Below, in pieces: positions 21,872 to 31,903 of a stretch of DNA of 64,000 bases. Every line of letters starts with the position of its first letter. The stretch's first letter is position 1. The notes beneath the pieces are model-generated. The model did no database searches. It saw only the letters and a list, made by a program, of their open reading frames with translations, and was not told the DNA's origin. Source of the DNA: an uncultured delta proteobacterium (GTDB taxonomy: Bacteria > Desulfobacterota > Desulfobacteria > Desulfobacterales > JAHEIW01); the NCBI GenBank assembly GCA_963706575.1, contig CAVPNL010000008.1:128001-192000 (forward strand), in the 5' to 3' direction. A program made the translations under genes and the position numbers.

Positions 21872-22616
21872 ATGCGCTATTTTTTTGTTGACTCCAAGGC
21901 ACTAAACATGCCCTTTGCTGCCATTGAGGGCTCCGAGGTGCGCCACATGAAAAATGTGCTACGCTTAAAACCGGGTGATAAGATCCGCGTGTTTGACGGC
22001 GAGGGATTTGAATATGATGCCAGCATACACCGATTTTTCGCCGATCGGGTTGAGATCAAGATTACGCACAAATTCCAGGGAACGAAAGAATCGCCTGTCC
22101 AAATCGGGGTGGCACAGGCGCTGTTGAAAGAAAAGAAAATGGATCGACTGTTGCGTCATCTCTGTGAGCTCGGTGTGACCCGATGGATCCCCTTTATTTC
22201 CGAGCGTTCCGTGCCCAGACCCGGCGAAAAACGGTTATCTGCCCGTACCCAAAGATGGAACAAGATCGTTCAGGAATCCTGCAAGCAATGTCGGCGGTCG
22301 AAGTTGCCCGAGATCATCAAGACCCTGACTTTTGAAGACGTTTTGGGCTATGGTTCATCCTGTGATCTGCAAATTGTCTTTTATGAGAATGAATCCGCTA
22401 CGCTCAAATCACTCATAAAACCCGATCCGCAGTCTGCCTCCCCGCAAGATTCTTTTGATTCTGGGGCCGGAGGGTGGTTTTTCCGATCAGGAAATCGAAA
22501 ATGCCCGGGCGGCCGGCTGTGTGGTCGCCGGATTGGGTTCCCGGATCCTGCGCGCTGAAACCGCTGCAATTGCCGCCTGCACGCTGATACAATTTCTATA
22601 CGGAGATATGGCCTAG
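21872..22616 (+). pseudogene. rsmE: 16S rRNA m3U1498 methyltransferase with an apparent frameshift near 22440 (possible sequence error)
   Basis: HMKNVLRL..ELGV..QCRR in frame 1; LILGPEGGFS..RILRAETAA..GDMA-TAG in the +1 frame after TCCCCG. Confidence 0.85.
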
Positions 22617-22759
22617 AAGTGGTTTCAGAATTCCAGATCAGGTTCAAGGGCAAGGCGTCAGGCCGGACGGGAAAGCGCAGCATACGTGGGTATGTGAGCA
22701 TTTACCGGAGGCCTGCAACGCAGCCATTGGGCCTTAGATGGGATTTTGAAACTACTTTA
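22614..22759. mobile_element. Hairpin MITE, family A copy 2; left TA lies in the rsmE stop codon, right TIR degenerate
   Basis: Same core as 8977 and 58842. Confidence 0.85.
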
Positions 22760-22839
22760 AAAATATCTTGACAAAGAAGGGTGCATTTAATAAAAATTCC
22801 ATTTTGAATTTAAGCTGAAAAATCAGTAAGATTCAAAGA

Positions 22840-22915
22840 GCCGAGGTAGCTCAGTCGGTAGAGCAGGGGACTGAAAATCCCCGTGTCGGCAGTTCGATTC
22901 TGTCCCTCGGCACCA
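22840..22915 (+). tRNA. tRNA-Phe (GAA)
   Basis: GCCGAGG..GGGGA-CTGAAAA-TCCCC..GTTCGATTC..CCTCGGC-ACCA cloverleaf, 76 nt; TTGACA upstream at 22768. Confidence 0.98.
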
Positions 22916-22922
22916 GGATTTC

Positions 22923-22956
22923 AGGCACTTACGAAACCATCGTAGGTGCCTTTTTT
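22923..22956 (+). terminator. Intrinsic terminator after tRNA-Phe
   Basis: AGGCACTTACGA-AACCA-TCGTAGGTGCCT then T run. Confidence 0.8.
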
Positions 22957-23266
22957 CGTTTAAAGGAGTCTATAAACGGGCACAATTCAGACTGCGTGCT
23001 AATTTAACCTAATGATATCACGCTAAAATTTGTTGAAGACAGGGGGATTTTCACTCTCCGTGCCTATGACTAGAGCAGCGTTTGAACCAGTATAGTGATT
23101 ACTAAGGAGGCTAGATCATTTCACCAAAAATTTATGATTATGATGGAAGGTGAAAAGAACTAAAATGAGATAGTTGAATCGGTGCCCTTTTGGAAGAATT
23201 TTTGATTTCCTCAATTCTCGGATGAGGCGGTCATAACGGATTCGTTAAACTGTTTATAATCTGAAT

Positions 23267-24214
23267 TTATACACTCACTTTTTTTTGAAGTAGCTTTGAA
23301 AAATCGTAGGTTCCGAGCCCCCGCTTCTTGGCCAATTTGATATACCCAATATTCTGCGGTTCTTTGCCAAAAAGCAAAGCCGCTTTGCCATCCGCAGCGA
23401 CCGGATCATCGCTTAAAATAAGCGTATTTTTTGTGACGACATCAGATGTGCTTCCACCTGAAGGACCATTTCTTGTTATGATTCGAGTGGCATCTATCAG
23501 TGTTATGGTAGGTTTGAAAAATTGGGCCAGATCAACAATATTTGGATGTATTTCTCTGTGGAGCGAACCGCGCCTTCCGCCAATCGCACCGAACCAATTC
23601 TTCATACCGAGTGTCAGGGAACTCAGGATGTGATCCTTGGCAACCGGCAGGTTGATGACCTTATCCGCCTCAATTATGGGCAAATAAACCGGCCAGACAT
23701 CCAGGCGATCCCCCTGCAGCTTCATCTCGCGCATTAAAGATGAATCGGGATTGATGAGTTCCGCTCCGGTTTTTTTTGCTACATCTGCTGCACCAGATAC
23801 AGAAAAACAGAATTTCGCATTTTCAATGGTATTATCAGCGATTCGGACCTTTTTGGCGCCCGCTTCCTGACAAAGCTCGATGACTGCCTGCAATACTTCC
23901 GGATTTGTGGTGGCAGCCATTTTCGGCGGTCTGGCCCAGGAGATATTCGGTTTGATGACCACCACATCACCTTTCGATACAAATTGCCTTATTCCTCCGG
24001 CAGCTTCAAAGACTTTTTGGGTCAGATCTTTGACGGAAAAATTATCTGTTTGACCGATGCCCTCGATAATAAATTTTTGGTTTGCGACCGTGGCCCTTGC
24101 CGCAGGCAATTCAAATAATGGCCAGCGGGCCATACCGGCAAGTGTGATGCACCCGGACCATTTCAAAAGCTTGCGAATTGATTCTCTGCGCGTAATCGGT
24201 TGATCAAATTTCAT
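23267..24214 (-). CDS. DUF362-family protein with twin-arginine-like signal
   Basis: TRRESI; VVIKPNISW, TTNPEV, INLPVAKDH, TLGMKNWFG, DPVAAD. Confidence 0.85.
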   Translation of the reverse strand: MKFDQPITRRESIRKLLKWSGCITLAGMARWPLFELPAARATVANQKFIIEGIGQTDNFSVKDLTQKVFEAAGGIRQFVSKGDVVVIKPNISWARPPKMAATTNPEVLQAVIELCQEAGAKKVRIADNTIENAKFCFSVSGAADVAKKTGAELINPDSSLMREMKLQGDRLDVWPVYLPIIEADKVINLPVAKDHILSSLTLGMKNWFGAIGGRRGSLHREIHPNIVDLAQFFKPTITLIDATRIITRNGPSGGSTSDVVTKNTLILSDDPVAADGKAALLFGKEPQNIGYIKLAKKRGLGTYDFSKLLQKKVSV

Positions 24215-24358
24215 GGATTTCACCTCTTTCCCCAATCACTTCATACGCGGATCGGGATGATTTGATGAGCGCAATAAACCTTTTTAAATCCCCTTAATTT
24301 TGCCACAAAAGCGGCTAACAAACAGCAGACCACCGCATGTCTTTTCGCTAAATTGGGA

Positions 24359-25237
24359 TTATAGCAATAACTCGTGTTTCCAGCCATAATGTTGAATTTG
24401 AATTTGCTCCATCCGGCTGGTCCCCAATCCATAGACTTTATCAGCGGCTTCCACACAAATCGGCGGAGGAGAAAGGGGCCATGGCTCACCTCGGATGACT
24501 TTCCTTTTTTCAGTAATAATTTTTAAACAAACCGTTTCGACGGCAACCGGATCGGTCCCGGCGATGAAACCATTGTAATTCCATTGGTATCTTGGATCAG
24601 GCTGCGGTCCCTTGTCACAGAGCGGATAAAGCGAATCCACCAGAACCAGTTTTGTCTTGCCTTTGACAAACGGAAGGTTCCAGATTTCTCCTAACTTGGA
24701 ACTGTTACTTTTATGATAATTGCTGGGGCTGCCGGAATACATGATGTAGTTCTTTAGAACCGTGCCGATCCCGGTCAACCAGTGTGCTTTCAGCCCCGGA
24801 ATCGCAATTAAAGCGTCACATTTTTTGGCATTCCGCGAGCCCTGTGCATCTCGAATCCTGTCTTCAGGGATTCCGGAGTCCATCAATGAATTTTTGACAA
24901 CATGCATGACTTCATCATGCGTTGGATTCAGATGATCGGTGGGCACCAGGCCAATCACATCAGTCGGTTTGACAAGGCTTAACCAGGCATCCTTTGTATT
25001 CTTTTGACCTGTAACTTTGGTCAATGTTTCGGTAAGCATTTTCTCCAGGACGGTGATGTCTATATTTTTTGCAGAATCCATGGCGTTTTTATCGCGTACG
25101 ATGGTCACTAAACTTGCGCCCGCAGCTCTTGCTTCTCCCTTGGGCCACTGAAAACCGAAAACAGACGCACCGAGGGTCACTCCGATGGTTCCCCGGATAA
25201 AATCCCTTCTGGTTATGACCGGCATTTTATCTTTCAT
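24359..25237 (-). CDS. DUF362-like protein with twin-arginine signal
   Basis: TRRDFIRG; PGLKAHWLTGIG.VLKNY; DPVAVE..YGLG. Confidence 0.75.
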   Translation of the reverse strand: MKDKMPVITRRDFIRGTIGVTLGASVFGFQWPKGEARAAGASLVTIVRDKNAMDSAKNIDITVLEKMLTETLTKVTGQKNTKDAWLSLVKPTDVIGLVPTDHLNPTHDEVMHVVKNSLMDSGIPEDRIRDAQGSRNAKKCDALIAIPGLKAHWLTGIGTVLKNYIMYSGSPSNYHKSNSSKLGEIWNLPFVKGKTKLVLVDSLYPLCDKGPQPDPRYQWNYNGFIAGTDPVAVETVCLKIITEKRKVIRGEPWPLSPPPICVEAADKVYGLGTSRMEQIQIQHYGWKHELLL

Positions 25238-26253
25238 GATCCCTCTCCTTTCTTCAGTAAATTGGATTCATTTTTTTGAAGGATTACCCTGGCAGATTCC
25301 GGGTCAGGACATTCAAACACGATCGCAATATATTTGCCGAACAGTTTATATGCCAACCAGCCGTCCTCCAGTTTAAAAAGACTTGGGTTGTCAGCGGCTG
25401 TGTCGACCGTTGTTTTTTTCTTATACTCCGGTAGATAGGCATCATGAAAACGATTCAGGGCCTGACGCGCACGTTCAGGTTTTTCATATTGCACCAGCAG
25501 AAACTGACTGCGTTTTGGGTCTCCCGAGCCAGGAATGTGTTCATAGGGCGCAATAACGGCTTCTGCTGAGAGATCGAGATCGAGAATATTTTCATGACTG
25601 AGGTAATAAATTGAATTTATCACCAGATGGGAACGAAAAAAGCTCAATCTGTCTACCCGTAATTCCCAAACGGCGTTAATCGCAAGGGGTAGTATTTTTA
25701 CGAGTGCCGGCTCTGGTGGATACTGAGTATTGGCAGCTATTGCCTTACCGAGTGCAAGGACCGCTTCCTTTGATGCCGGCGTCTCACGTTCGGCCATAAT
25801 TCGGATATAAATATAATCAGACCATAACCTCAACAGGCCACCACCATAGAGCGCCCGGGTGGATGCTGTAAAGGATTGGTTTGATATAGCTGCAGGGGCG
25901 CCGTCAAAGGATACCGCCTCACCGCCCCAATCCAGGGAAAGCAAGCCAAACGCATCGTCGGGGCTTTCCATAAAATATAATTCCACCAGAATATTACCCT
26001 GGTCAGCAGAAGTATAATCAAAAACCTCAAGATGACGGAATCGATAGCCCAAATAGAGTTCACCGGCGCCATTCATGTATTTAAAAATGTTCTTTGAGTT
26101 AATAATTCGAGGCGATTCAGGTCTATTCCAAACGCCAACAGTTTTGGGAAGATTGGGTTTGTCCACATTCATTTTGCCAGATGCTCCCCCGCAGATGACG
26201 ATCGTCATCGTGATTGTTAGAAGGACGAAAGTTATTTTCAGAAAAAATTTCAT
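25234..26253 (-). CDS. Exported conserved hypothetical protein (DUF6599-like)
   Basis: Signal peptide; IFKYMNGAGELYLGY, VELYFMESPDDAFG. Confidence 0.65.
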   Translation of the reverse strand: MKFFLKITFVLLTITMTIVICGGASGKMNVDKPNLPKTVGVWNRPESPRIINSKNIFKYMNGAGELYLGYRFRHLEVFDYTSADQGNILVELYFMESPDDAFGLLSLDWGGEAVSFDGAPAAISNQSFTASTRALYGGGLLRLWSDYIYIRIMAERETPASKEAVLALGKAIAANTQYPPEPALVKILPLAINAVWELRVDRLSFFRSHLVINSIYYLSHENILDLDLSAEAVIAPYEHIPGSGDPKRSQFLLVQYEKPERARQALNRFHDAYLPEYKKKTTVDTAADNPSLFKLEDGWLAYKLFGKYIAIVFECPDPESARVILQKNESNLLKKGEGS

Positions 26254-26579
26254 TATGGGCACTATTTTTATTTTAGTATTTCAGTTGCCTGCTTGGAGGC
26301 AGTCCGAGCTGCCAAGGGTTGCATTACTCATACCCGCGATTCTGGCAATCGATGAAATGTCAAAACCCTTTTTATTTTTATTGTCAACCATAATAACCCA
26401 AAATAAGCTGATTTCTGGGGTGTTCAAGTCAGGTAAAACAAATGAAATTGTGCCCAAACTGTGCCCGTCAAGGTCAAATATTTCCAAACAGTTCCAAACG
26501 AAACCAAAAATACGATTAAAAATTTAAATAGAATCAACTAGTTGTAATCACGACATTTTTTAATTTTCAAAAATTTGGT

Positions 26580-26621
26580 CTGAAAATCCCCGTGTCGGCA
26601 GTTCGAATCTTCCATAGCACC
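26580..26621 (+). repeat. att-like copy 1 of the tRNA-Phe 3' half (27 bp exact, then degenerate)
   Basis: CTGAAAATCCCCGTGTCGGCAGTTCGA-atcttccata-GCACC. Confidence 0.9.
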
Positions 26622-26969
26622 TGAATGAAAAATTTCATATTTTCCTCTTTAGAAGATATAACTGATTGAATATTACCCTTTGGCCAACCAGGGTACAGAA
26701 TTTAACGTTTCTGGTGCTGATATTGAAAATTTTAAATCATATGTGGCCGGAAGTATCGCTGATATGCACTCTCTTTTGCTTGACGTGGGCTTATATGGCA
26801 GTTGTATCAGGTTTGCCGGCAACCGTTGCACCCGTTGGACTGAGCCAATGAGGTCTTCCAGCAGGTATTCAGATTATTGGGGCCAGATTCGAGGATAGGA
26901 CAACCATAGCCTTAGCTCAAGGTTTGGTGAGCTGATAGGTGGTTTCGTGCCTCCGCCAGGTTATGATAA

Positions 26970-27164
26970 TTAGCTCGGATAATCTTTATCAATGCCATTG
27001 AGCTGTCGAGAAAGCATTCGGCAGGCATAGGCCCGAGAGCCTTGGATATCCTCCACGTCGCTTCGGCTTTGTCCATTGGCGCCGATCGGTTTCTGATGCT
27101 CGATGACAGACAAACCCAGATAGCCGCACTTGCCGGGTTGAAATTAGAAAGTATTAAGAAATGA
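26970..27164 (+). pseudogene. 3' fragment of a VapC/PIN-domain toxin gene
   Basis: Manual translation AIELSRKHSAGIGPRALDILHVASALSIGADRFLMLDDRQTQIAALAGLK; in-frame TAA at 26967, no ATG at its 5' end. Confidence 0.7.
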
Positions 27165-27812
27165 TGTATTCTCCGGAGGCGCATTAACACTTTTTATTCT
27201 GGCTTATCCGACAACCGCCAGAGTTAATGGCGACTTGTCCATTTCCGGCCCGAAGTTTCGTTTTGAGCACCCGAATCGTCGTACTCCGGCCCGGGCTTTC
27301 AAGAACGCAATGAGAAAAGGGGTCGAAAAGAAGTCAAGTCTTCGGTTGATTTTTCCCAAATGTCTAATCCCCCGTTCAGCTTGAATGCTGGCCAACACAA
27401 CAAAAGTCAACCGAAGACTTGAGCCGTAATCTGACCCGCAATCCGTAATCCTAATCTCTGGAGTGGGTGCTGCTTGAGCGGTTGGCGTAAAGCATTTGTA
27501 TCGATTTCCCCCTAAAAAAATGTTGATTTTCCTTTTTGGCTGCTGTATGGAACCTTCTGGATCGACGGCTTTTTTTACCAACAAGACCGTAAAGCTCAGC
27601 TCTTCACTTCCATCAAATTCTTCCAACGCGCTAAGCGCCGCCGATCGAAGTTCTTGACCGTCTTAAGGTGATAAGGGCGGGGCGCGCCCTTTGCTCAAAA
27701 CTGAATACTCATTTTCAGTCGCATACTGAGCTCCAAACGCTATGCATTCAGAACGATCTTTTTCCATCTGCTTCGTTTGCTGTTTTTCTCATACCGGAAA
27801 AAGGAAAATGCC

Positions 27813-30125
27813 ATGAAATCGGAAGAGGTATTATGTTGCGTCTGTGAAAAATCTTTCAGATGGATGAATGCCTACCGGTGTCAATATACCCCAGGCTCAG
27901 AGAAATATAATCCCCCCGGAACAGGGGACTATCGTCCACGGGCTTTTTGCCCACACTGCGGTGCGCTCGTGGCTCAGTGGCATGTCACGGCGAGCCGTGA
28001 CTTCAACGAGTGGTTGTGGTATGGACCCAACGACCGGGGAAACCGGGAATCTCCCCTGCCGCCCTCACCTTCGGCCGATGACTGGGGCCGTCCTATCCCG
28101 AATCCTTTCGTTCCCTCCATTCACCATAATGAAATAGAGTTAGACCAAATTAAGACCTTTACCGGGAAAGAAGTCTATCCTGCTGATGACGGGATGCGAG
28201 CAGCGGAGGATCGGGACAAATCGGTGCCTCAAACCACGCTTGCCGAGGAGGATGCCCCACCGCTGACGGAATCAGTCTCCGCTGAGGACCCCAGTCTGGT
28301 TGAGGAAGAGGGTGTATCAACCATCGGTGATGCCACCTTGGTCAAGGAAGGAACCTCCTCCGAAACGTTAGATTCCGACAGCATGCGGTTTCAGGAGGCG
28401 AGGCGGCCGATCAAGCCTCCCCGGGTTGACTCAGGTGTGAGTGAAAAAAAACTTACGCGAAAGCTGACCGCACTTCTCAGCGCCGATGTCAAGGGCTACA
28501 GCACGCTCATGGAGGAGGACGAGATTTCAACCGTTCAGATGCTGGTCGACTATCGTAATATCATGGCGGGACTCATTCGGCAATTCAGAGGCCGGGTGGT
28601 TGATTCCGTGGGAGACAACCTTCTGGCTGAATTCGCCAGCGTTGTGGATGCGGTCCAGTGTGCTGTTGAGATCCAGCAGGTGCTGACGGCAAAAAACGAG
28701 CTGCTGTCGCCTAACCGCCGGATGGAGTTTCGAATAGGGGTGAATCTGGGGGACGTGATCGAAGAAGAGGATCGAATTTACGGAGAAGGAGTAAATATCG
28801 CAGCCAGGGTCGAATCTTTTGCCAACCCGGGAGGGATCTGCATTTCCGGCAGCGCCTTCGAGCAGATCGAAAACAAACTATCTTTGGACTATGTCTACAT
28901 CGGGGAGCACAAAGTCAAAAACATCCGCAAGCCGGTCAAAATCTACCGCGCCCAGCTCGGCCATGGGCCGTCCGCTGATGTCGCCCGCATCGAAAAGCAG
29001 GACAAAAAAATCCGCCCCGGGCTTCTCGCACTGTCAGGGGTTTTATTTCTGGTGGCTGGCGGCATGACGTGGCATTTTTTCTTGCGTCCGCCGGCCTCCC
29101 AGATCCGATCGTCCGGTGTCAAGGAAAGCGTTTCGGTGAGCCCCCCAAAGACGGCCCCTGCTGAAAAAAAACAGACCTTGACAAAACCTTCGGAGATCTC
29201 GGCGCCCAACATCAGACCGGATAAGAAACGATTGACCGCAGTGGCCAAAAGCCCGGTATCGACGGGGATAGCAGACCCTGACTGGCAACTTATTCTGCAG
29301 GAGCTGGCCCAAAAGTTGCCGAACCTGTCTTCGGAAACCTATTTATTTTCCACCCGGGAAAAAGCACTGCGAAATGCCAGAATGATTGCGCTGACCCTCG
29401 TTGGGCCGAATCTTGGCGAGCTAAAGAAGAAGTTTGAGGAAAAGGGGTTCCGGGTCGCCATCATTCCCCAGTCGGAAATTGACAGAGCCCTTGAGACTTT
29501 GATCGTTGACGGCGTCGTCACCGCTTCGAAGGAGCTGACTGAAAAGCTCAAACGGGATTTTCAGGGAGGAATCGCGGTCCGATTGCATCCTGAACTCAGC
29601 ATAATGGACGAGAAAGCAGAGGGCAATGTATTAGACGGGTTGATATTCGCCGACCGGATCGAGGTGGATTTTGCACCGGACTGGGACCCCGACATCTGGT
29701 GGGCAGGAAAAGTCGTCGAGCAGCATACCAAAGAACAGCATCTGGCAAGCCTGGCTACATGGGGAGACAGGAGCTTCCGGAAGCATGTTGACCGAGATAC
29801 GAATCAGACCTCCGATATCCGCGTCATTTTTAAGGATGTCCCCTATGTGGACGATTTCTACGTGGTCATCTGCCCGCCCAAGGGGGGCGGATTCTACCAC
29901 GGTCAATGGTTTGTTGGGGACAAGCTGTTTCTGGACCGGCAATCCTATCAAAGCCATAAATTCCGAACGCCTGAATGTTTCAGGGTTCCAGCCTCCGCCA
30001 TCAACCATCAGCGTCAGGCGATCGTTCACGCTCGGGGTTTCAGAGGACTGTATGTTAATATTGCGGAAATCTTCTTATCCGACCGGGTGCTGGATGCCGC
30101 GGACATGGATACTCTGATGCAATGA
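27813..30125 (+). CDS. Class III adenylate/guanylate cyclase domain protein with N-terminal Cys motifs, one TM helix and an unknown C-terminal domain
   Basis: LSADVKGYS, VGDNLLAEF, RIGVNLGDV, GEGVNIAARVE; TM LLALSGVLFLVAGGMTWHFF. Confidence 0.85.
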   Translation: MKSEEVLCCVCEKSFRWMNAYRCQYTPGSEKYNPPGTGDYRPRAFCPHCGALVAQWHVTASRDFNEWLWYGPNDRGNRESPLPPSPSADDWGRPIPNPFVPSIHHNEIELDQIKTFTGKEVYPADDGMRAAEDRDKSVPQTTLAEEDAPPLTESVSAEDPSLVEEEGVSTIGDATLVKEGTSSETLDSDSMRFQEARRPIKPPRVDSGVSEKKLTRKLTALLSADVKGYSTLMEEDEISTVQMLVDYRNIMAGLIRQFRGRVVDSVGDNLLAEFASVVDAVQCAVEIQQVLTAKNELLSPNRRMEFRIGVNLGDVIEEEDRIYGEGVNIAARVESFANPGGICISGSAFEQIENKLSLDYVYIGEHKVKNIRKPVKIYRAQLGHGPSADVARIEKQDKKIRPGLLALSGVLFLVAGGMTWHFFLRPPASQIRSSGVKESVSVSPPKTAPAEKKQTLTKPSEISAPNIRPDKKRLTAVAKSPVSTGIADPDWQLILQELAQKLPNLSSETYLFSTREKALRNARMIALTLVGPNLGELKKKFEEKGFRVAIIPQSEIDRALETLIVDGVVTASKELTEKLKRDFQGGIAVRLHPELSIMDEKAEGNVLDGLIFADRIEVDFAPDWDPDIWWAGKVVEQHTKEQHLASLATWGDRSFRKHVDRDTNQTSDIRVIFKDVPYVDDFYVVICPPKGGGFYHGQWFVGDKLFLDRQSYQSHKFRTPECFRVPASAINHQRQAIVHARGFRGLYVNIAEIFLSDRVLDAADMDTLMQ

Positions 30126-30233
30126 ACCGACGGTCCGTCGATGCGCCCGGTACCCAGAGACAATCCAGCCGTACTGGCGGTCGGTCGAAATCGAATACAA
30201 GAACAATTGCGATAAGACTGGTTGGAGGTTGAC

Positions 30234-31469
30234 ATGATTTGCCAGAACTGCCTGCAGGAGCTACCCGATGATGCGGCTCTTTGTGTCGGTTGCGGAAAAA
30301 TTATCGAAGCCGACCAAAGCCCCAAAGTCAAAATCCCGGGCCGCAAAATGCGGCTCTTTCTCTATCTGGGCGTCTACTTTTTTTTCTTTTTTCTGTTTTT
30401 TTTCTTCTTGGCGACCAGCGGCGGCGACAAGATCGTGCAGGTTCTGGCCGTCCTTTCGCTTGCATGTGCGGTGATCGTCATCTGGGCGGCTTTTTTCAGG
30501 GGCTGGTCGGCCATCAACGACGGATATGCCCGCACCACTCCTGGTAGAGCGATCCTGTTCCTTTTGGTGCCGCTGGTAAACCTCTTCTGGATGTTTCAGG
30601 CATTCGCTGGATACCCGACGGATTACAATCTCTATCTCAGGCGCCACCAGCTGTCGGCGCCCACCCTCGGCAGGACCTGGTTCATCCTGCTTTGTGTTGT
30701 GTTTCTCATCAACACCGGCATGGCCCGGTTGCCGGAACCTTTGTTTCAGCTCATCGGCATTCTGGTAACGATGGCTATCGGCGTCATCGTGCTGACCAAA
30801 ATATGCAAGGCTGTCAACCGGTTGCCGGACGGTTTGCACAACGTTTCGCCGGCTCGGACCGATCTCGGGCCAATCGGGCAGTTTTTCAATAAACTCACCG
30901 CCCTCAGACTTCCGAGGTGGGCGTCGATCCTTGTGGTCGCTGCTGGTATCATCGTGATTTTAGGGATCGCCGCAGATCGCATTGCCCAGAATCAACGGAT
31001 CAGCAGGTTCAAATCGGCGGCACTGGAAACGGCCGAACACTATGGACCGTTGCTGGCTGCCGCGATCGCAGGTTCCGACCATTACTTATCCGGTCGACCG
31101 TCCCGCCAGCTCCACGAACTCATGAAAGAAATCCTCCAGAGAGGCTTCACCTATGCCATTCTGTACATGCCCGTGACGTCTTCGGAGGAATTTTTATGGC
31201 GGTACCAGGGTGTCGGACATTATATGAGCTATGAAAAGGACTCCCCTCAAATAACAAGTTGGGCTGGAGTAAAAAGGGTTCCTGTAAAAAACGAGATGGA
31301 GCGAGCCATCCACAGGGCCCTAAGCGGCGACAACACCTCCATCAACGAAATCAACCGCCGTTCAAGAGCAACTTTTCATTCTGTCATTGTAGGGAAAAGC
31401 GGCCAGCCGCTGGCGGTGCTGCGCCTCGTGATCTACGGAAGAGGTGGTACCGAGAGAGACATCATATAA
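30234..31469 (+). CDS. Zinc-ribbon multi-pass membrane protein
   Basis: GGAGG RBS; CQNC..CVGCG; several TM segments incl. TTPGRAILFLLVPLVNLFW. Confidence 0.75.
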   Translation: MICQNCLQELPDDAALCVGCGKIIEADQSPKVKIPGRKMRLFLYLGVYFFFFFLFFFFLATSGGDKIVQVLAVLSLACAVIVIWAAFFRGWSAINDGYARTTPGRAILFLLVPLVNLFWMFQAFAGYPTDYNLYLRRHQLSAPTLGRTWFILLCVVFLINTGMARLPEPLFQLIGILVTMAIGVIVLTKICKAVNRLPDGLHNVSPARTDLGPIGQFFNKLTALRLPRWASILVVAAGIIVILGIAADRIAQNQRISRFKSAALETAEHYGPLLAAAIAGSDHYLSGRPSRQLHELMKEILQRGFTYAILYMPVTSSEEFLWRYQGVGHYMSYEKDSPQITSWAGVKRVPVKNEMERAIHRALSGDNTSINEINRRSRATFHSVIVGKSGQPLAVLRLVIYGRGGTERDII

Positions 31470-31489
31470 TGGGCCTCGCGCGACCCCCC

Positions 31490-31620
31490 TCATTCATAAT
31501 GTGACATCAAAGCATTTTTCAGGGATTTGTACTCTTCGTAGGTAATAGCGCCGGCATCTTTGGCTTTTTTCAGGTCGATCAGCTTCTGCCACAGCGTCGG
31601 AGATTTGCCCAGCAGCTCGC
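31490..31620 (-). pseudogene. SHOCT-domain gene remnant
   Basis: PTLWQKLIDLKKAKDAGAITYEEYKSLK; the upstream part of the ORF runs into att-arm repeats. Confidence 0.55.
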
Positions 31621-31784
31621 CGCTGAATACACATCGTGGATCTTTGAAGTTGTGTGGGGATTGTGTGGGGAAAATTGTCCAAAATCTGCTAAAGTGTGGA
31701 AAATCAGCCAAAATGTGGAAAATACGGATTCAATGATTTCAGTAAGTTATGTTACATTAGGAGGTTAGGAAGCTCAGGGTTATT

Positions 31785-31831
31785 GACTGAAAATCCCCGT
31801 GTCGGCAGTTCGATTCTGTCCCTCGGCACCA
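31785..31831 (+). repeat. att-like copy 2 of the tRNA-Phe 3' half (47 bp exact)
   Basis: GACTGAAAATCCCC...CTCGGCACCA, followed by a terminator hairpin at 31838..31874. Confidence 0.95.
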
Positions 31832-31903
31832 TATAATAAAGGATACGAAGCATAAGCTTGGTATCCTTTTTTTTGATCAAATGAAGATAACGCCAACCGG
31901 AAT

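Larger units (their letters stand above)
22916..26621. mobile_element. tRNA-Phe-anchored cassette 1 (no integrase)
   Basis: Bounded by the tRNA and a partly degenerate tRNA 3' copy at 26580; matching arm motif GGGCACAATT / AATTGTGCCC at opposite ends. Confidence 0.7.
26622..31831. mobile_element. tRNA-Phe-anchored cassette 2 (no integrase)
   Basis: Between att copies 1 and 2; carries a cyclase gene, a membrane protein gene and gene fragments. Confidence 0.65.

Noticed and set aside
22556..22558. UGA ending the rsmE ORF as selenocysteine
   Set aside because: The conserved C-terminus is in another frame, so this is a frameshift, not readthrough.
27204..27626. 140-aa minus-strand ORF in cassette 2
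   Set aside because: TTG start, no recognisable motif; cannot be supported as a gene.
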